DNA of 64,000 bases from Oscillospiraceae bacterium (GTDB taxonomy: Bacteria > Bacillota > Clostridia > Oscillospirales > Feifaniaceae), in the NCBI GenBank assembly GCA_963662765.2, contig CAXXUP010000002.1, positions 164,568 to 228,567 of the forward strand, in the 5' to 3' direction. This document shows, piece by piece, positions 61,180 through 64,000 of the stretch. The position numbers and the translations under genes are program-made. The notes under the pieces are model-generated. The model ran no database searches. It was not told the origin of the DNA and worked only from the letters and a program-made list of their open reading frames with translations. How positions within the stretch are numbered: position 1 is the first letter of the stretch; each line of letters opens with the position of its first letter.

Positions 61180-63261
61180 ATGCCAAGAGAATTTCCGCTT
61201 GAGTTGACGCGCAATATAGGCATCATGGCCCATATCGACGCCGGAAAGACGACGACGACCGAGAGGATTCTGTATTACACGGGGATCACCCACAAGCTCG
61301 GAGAGGTGCACGACGGCGCCGCTACCATGGACTGGATGGAGCAAGAACAGGAGAGAGGCATCACCATCACCTCCGCTGCAACCACCTGCCATTGGAAGGA
61401 CAACCGCATCAACATCATCGACACTCCGGGACATGTGGACTTTACGGTCGAGGTCGAACGGTCGCTTCGCGTACTGGACGGCTCCGTCACCGTTTTTTGT
61501 GCAAAGGGCGGCGTTGAGCCGCAGTCCGAGACCGTGTGGCGTCAGGCCGACAGGTACGGCGTGCCCCGCATGGCCTATGTCAACAAAATGGACATCATGG
61601 GCGCCGATTTTTATCATGTCGTCTCCATGATGCGTGATAGATTAAAGTGCAACGCTGTTCCGATTCAGCTTCCCGTCGGGTACGAGGATACCTTTAAGGG
61701 GATCGTCGATCTCGTCGAGATGAAGGCCTATATCTACTACGACGACCTAGGCATGGACATCCGTGTAGAGGAAATCCCGGCCGATCTGGCGGACAAAGCT
61801 GCCGAGTATCGTCATGCCATCCTAGAAGCCGTCGCCGAGTTCGACGACGCGCTGCTCGAGAAGTACCTCAATGAAGAGGAGGCCTCGATCCCAGAGATCA
61901 AGGCCGCCATCCGTGCCGCCACCATCGCCAATAAGATGGTTCCGGTCACATGCGGCACCTCCTACCGGAACAAGGGTGTACAGAAGCTGCTCGACGCCAT
62001 TGTCGACTATATGCCTTCGCCGCTCGATGTCCCGGCCATCAGGGGGATTCACCCAGAGACCGGTGCGGAAATGGAGCGGCATCCGTCGGACGACGAGCCG
62101 TTTTCAGCTCTCGCCTTCAAAATTGCCACAGACCCGTTTGTAGGCAAACTCTGCTTTTTCCGCGTCTACTCCGGTACCGCCAAGAAGGGATCCGGGATCT
62201 ACAATTCCACCAAGCAGGACCGTGAGCGGCTCGGCCGCATCCTGCTGATGCACGCCAACCACAGGCAGGATCTCGATGAGGTCTACTCGGGCGACATCGC
62301 CGCCGCCGTCGGCCTTAAGAACACCACGACCGGCGACACGCTGTGCGATGAGCGCGACCCCGTCATCCTCGAATCCATGGAGTTCCCGGAGCCCGTTATT
62401 CGGGTTGCCATTGAGCCAAAGACCAAGGCAGGCCAAGAAAAGATGGGAATCGCCTTAGCAAAGCTTGCCGAGGAAGATCCCACCTTCCGCACCTACACCG
62501 ACGAGGAGACCGGACAGACCATCATCGCCGGAATGGGGGAGCTGCATCTCGAGATCATTGTCGACAGACTGCTGCGCGAATTCAAAGTGGAGGCCAACGT
62601 CGGCAAGCCGCAGGTCGCCTATAAGGAGACCATCCGCAAGTCCGCCGAGGTCGACAACAAGTATGTCCGCCAGTCGGGCGGCAAAGGCCAGTACGGACAC
62701 GTCAAGATCCGCATCGAGCCGAGTGAACCGGGCGCCGGTTATTCGTTCGAGAACAAGATTGTCGGCGGCGCCATTCCCAAGGAGTATATCCCTGCGATTG
62801 ATGCCGGTGTACAGGGAGCCATGCAGGCGGGCGTTCTTGCCGGCTACAACGTCGTGGACGTCAAGTGCACGCTGCTCGACGGCTCCTACCACGAGGTGGA
62901 CTCCTCCGAAATGGCCTTTAAGATCGCCGCCTCCATGGCCTTCAAAGAGGCTATGAGAAAAGCCGATCCCGTACTGACAGAGCCTATCATGAAAGTGGTC
63001 GTCAACGTCCCCGAGAGCTACATGGGCGACGTCATCGGCGACCTCAACTCCCGCCGCGGACAGGTCTCCGGCATGGAGGCCCGCACCGGTTCGCAGGAGA
63101 TTACGGCTTCGGTGCCGCTCTCCGAAATGTTCGGCTACTCTACGGATCTTCGCTCCAAAACGCAGGGCCGCGGCGTCTACAGCATGGAGCCCAGCCACTA
63201 CACGGAAGTGCCGAAATCCGTAGCTGAATCCATTGCCGGCGTGCGCCGAAAGGATAGCTGA
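61180..63261 (+). CDS. fusA: Elongation factor G
   Basis: 693 aa; [32 protein letters not shown]. Confidence 0.98.
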   Translation: MPREFPLELTRNIGIMAHIDAGKTTTTERILYYTGITHKLGEVHDGAATMDWMEQEQERGITITSAATTCHWKDNRINIIDTPGHVDFTVEVERSLRVLDGSVTVFCAKGGVEPQSETVWRQADRYGVPRMAYVNKMDIMGADFYHVVSMMRDRLKCNAVPIQLPVGYEDTFKGIVDLVEMKAYIYYDDLGMDIRVEEIPADLADKAAEYRHAILEAVAEFDDALLEKYLNEEEASIPEIKAAIRAATIANKMVPVTCGTSYRNKGVQKLLDAIVDYMPSPLDVPAIRGIHPETGAEMERHPSDDEPFSALAFKIATDPFVGKLCFFRVYSGTAKKGSGIYNSTKQDRERLGRILLMHANHRQDLDEVYSGDIAAAVGLKNTTTGDTLCDERDPVILESMEFPEPVIRVAIEPKTKAGQEKMGIALAKLAEEDPTFRTYTDEETGQTIIAGMGELHLEIIVDRLLREFKVEANVGKPQVAYKETIRKSAEVDNKYVRQSGGKGQYGHVKIRIEPSEPGAGYSFENKIVGGAIPKEYIPAIDAGVQGAMQAGVLAGYNVVDVKCTLLDGSYHEVDSSEMAFKIAASMAFKEAMRKADPVLTEPIMKVVVNVPESYMGDVIGDLNSRRGQVSGMEARTGSQEITASVPLSEMFGYSTDLRSKTQGRGVYSMEPSHYTEVPKSVAESIAGVRRKDS

Positions 63262-63275
63262 CGCAAAGTAAACTA

Positions 63276-63304
63276 TTGCTTTTTAAGGTAAAACATTGTA
63301 TGAT
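63276..63304 (+). promoter_or_regulatory. Candidate internal promoter for tuf
   Basis: TTGCTT-N17-TATGAT with TG at the extended -10 position. Confidence 0.45.
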
Positions 63305-63347
63305 AACATCAACCGAGATTTATTGAAGTTAAAGGAGGATAATTCAA

Positions 63348-64000
63348 ATGGCAAAGGCAAAATTTGAAAGAACCAAGCCCCATGTTAACATTGGAACCAT
63401 TGGCCACGTCGACCACGGCAAGACCACGCTGACCGCGGCGATCACCAAGGTTCTGTCCTTCCAGGGAATGGCCAAGTTTGAGGCCTATGACATGATCGAC
63501 AAGGCCCCCGAAGAGAGAGAGCGCGGCATCACAATTAACACTGCGCACGTTGAGTATGAGACCAAGAATCGCCACTACGCCCATGTCGACTGCCCCGGAC
63601 ATGCCGACTACGTCAAGAACATGATCACCGGTGCTGCTCAGATGGACGGCGCTATCCTCGTTGTCTCGGCCGCCGACGGCCCGATGCCCCAGACCCGTGA
63701 GCACATCCTGCTTGCCCGTCAGGTTGGCGTTCCCTATATCGTTGTTTACATGAACAAAGTTGATCAGGTTGACGATCCCGAGCTCCTGGAGCTGGTTGAG
63801 ATGGAAGTCCGCGAACTTCTCTCCGTCTACGAGTTCCCCGGCGACGACATCCCGATCATCAAGGGAAGTGCCCTGCAGGCCCTCGAGTCCGCCTCTACCG
63901 ATCCTATGGCTCCCGAGTACAAGAGCATTCTTGAACTCATGGACGCCGTTGACGCGTATATCCCCACCCCCGAGAGAAAAGCCAACATGCCCTTCTTGAT
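63348..64000 (+). CDS. tuf: Elongation factor Tu, 5' part (runs off the window)
   Basis: ATG sits behind [42 protein letters not shown]..., [12 protein letters not shown]. Confidence 0.98.
   Translation, partial: MAKAKFERTKPHVNIGTIGHVDHGKTTLTAAITKVLSFQGMAKFEAYDMIDKAPEERERGITINTAHVEYETKNRHYAHVDCPGHADYVKNMITGAAQMDGAILVVSAADGPMPQTREHILLARQVGVPYIVVYMNKVDQVDDPELLELVEMEVRELLSVYEFPGDDIPIIKGSALQALESASTDPMAPEYKSILELMDAVDAYIPTPERKANMPFL

Overview
This is a high-GC chromosomal window from a Firmicute, apparently a Clostridia-type spore-former, and it is mostly housekeeping operons.

- **Left third:** the 3' end of a SigF-like sigma gene, pcrA, a SAM methyltransferase, ecfA1-ecfA2-ecfT-truA, a membrane-anchored unknown, a CvpA-like protein and a class-I Clp/Hsp100 ATPase. 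An accessory patch follows: a cwlJ-gerQ germination pair bracketed by a ~0.5 kb duplication of the Clp gene tail, plus an AT-rich orphan ORF. After that come GntR with a four-subunit 2-oxoacid:ferredoxin oxidoreductase, an MtaD-like deaminase with a purine nucleoside phosphorylase, a flavoprotein and an OmpR/histidine-kinase pair.
- **Middle:** a ~1.7 kb AT-rich islet bounded by a 26-bp copy of the tRNA-Gln 3' end and carrying four copies of a promoter-like module. Next are divergent tRNA-Gln and tRNA-Leu, a TetR regulator with a 989-aa SLH protein, and an extremely repetitive, disrupted collagen/BclA-like gene. That gene sits beside a DtxR-like regulator and a GT2-TPR glycosyltransferase. A complete F1Fo ATP synthase operon follows (atpI-B-E-F-H-A-G-D-C), with only a 74-aa delta subunit.
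- **Right third:** a DUF1003 protein, a minus-strand operon (two aminotransferases, a YkvI-like transporter, an amidase-domain protein), redox proteins and a second short collagen-like gene. Then come a DUF2089/SHOCT/holin-like operon, an AhpD-like protein, tRNA-Pro, an Rrf2 regulator and rpoB-rpoC-L7Ae-rpsL-rpsG-fusA-tuf (tuf is partial).

I saw no rRNA, CRISPR array, or intact integrase or transposase. Many long ORFs in the supplied track are antisense or out-of-frame shadows of real genes, as expected at this GC content, and I did not call them.

The observations most worth follow-up are the mosaic repeat/collagen/BclA-like gene with its 52-bp out-of-frame duplication, the tRNA-Gln islet with its repeated GGGGACGGTTCAT-N5-TTGACA modules, and the duplicated Clp tail flanking cwlJ-gerQ. 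The truncated ATP synthase delta subunit and the 306-nt rpsL-rpsG spacer are also worth a look.

All family assignments come from motif recognition by eye; no database search was run.
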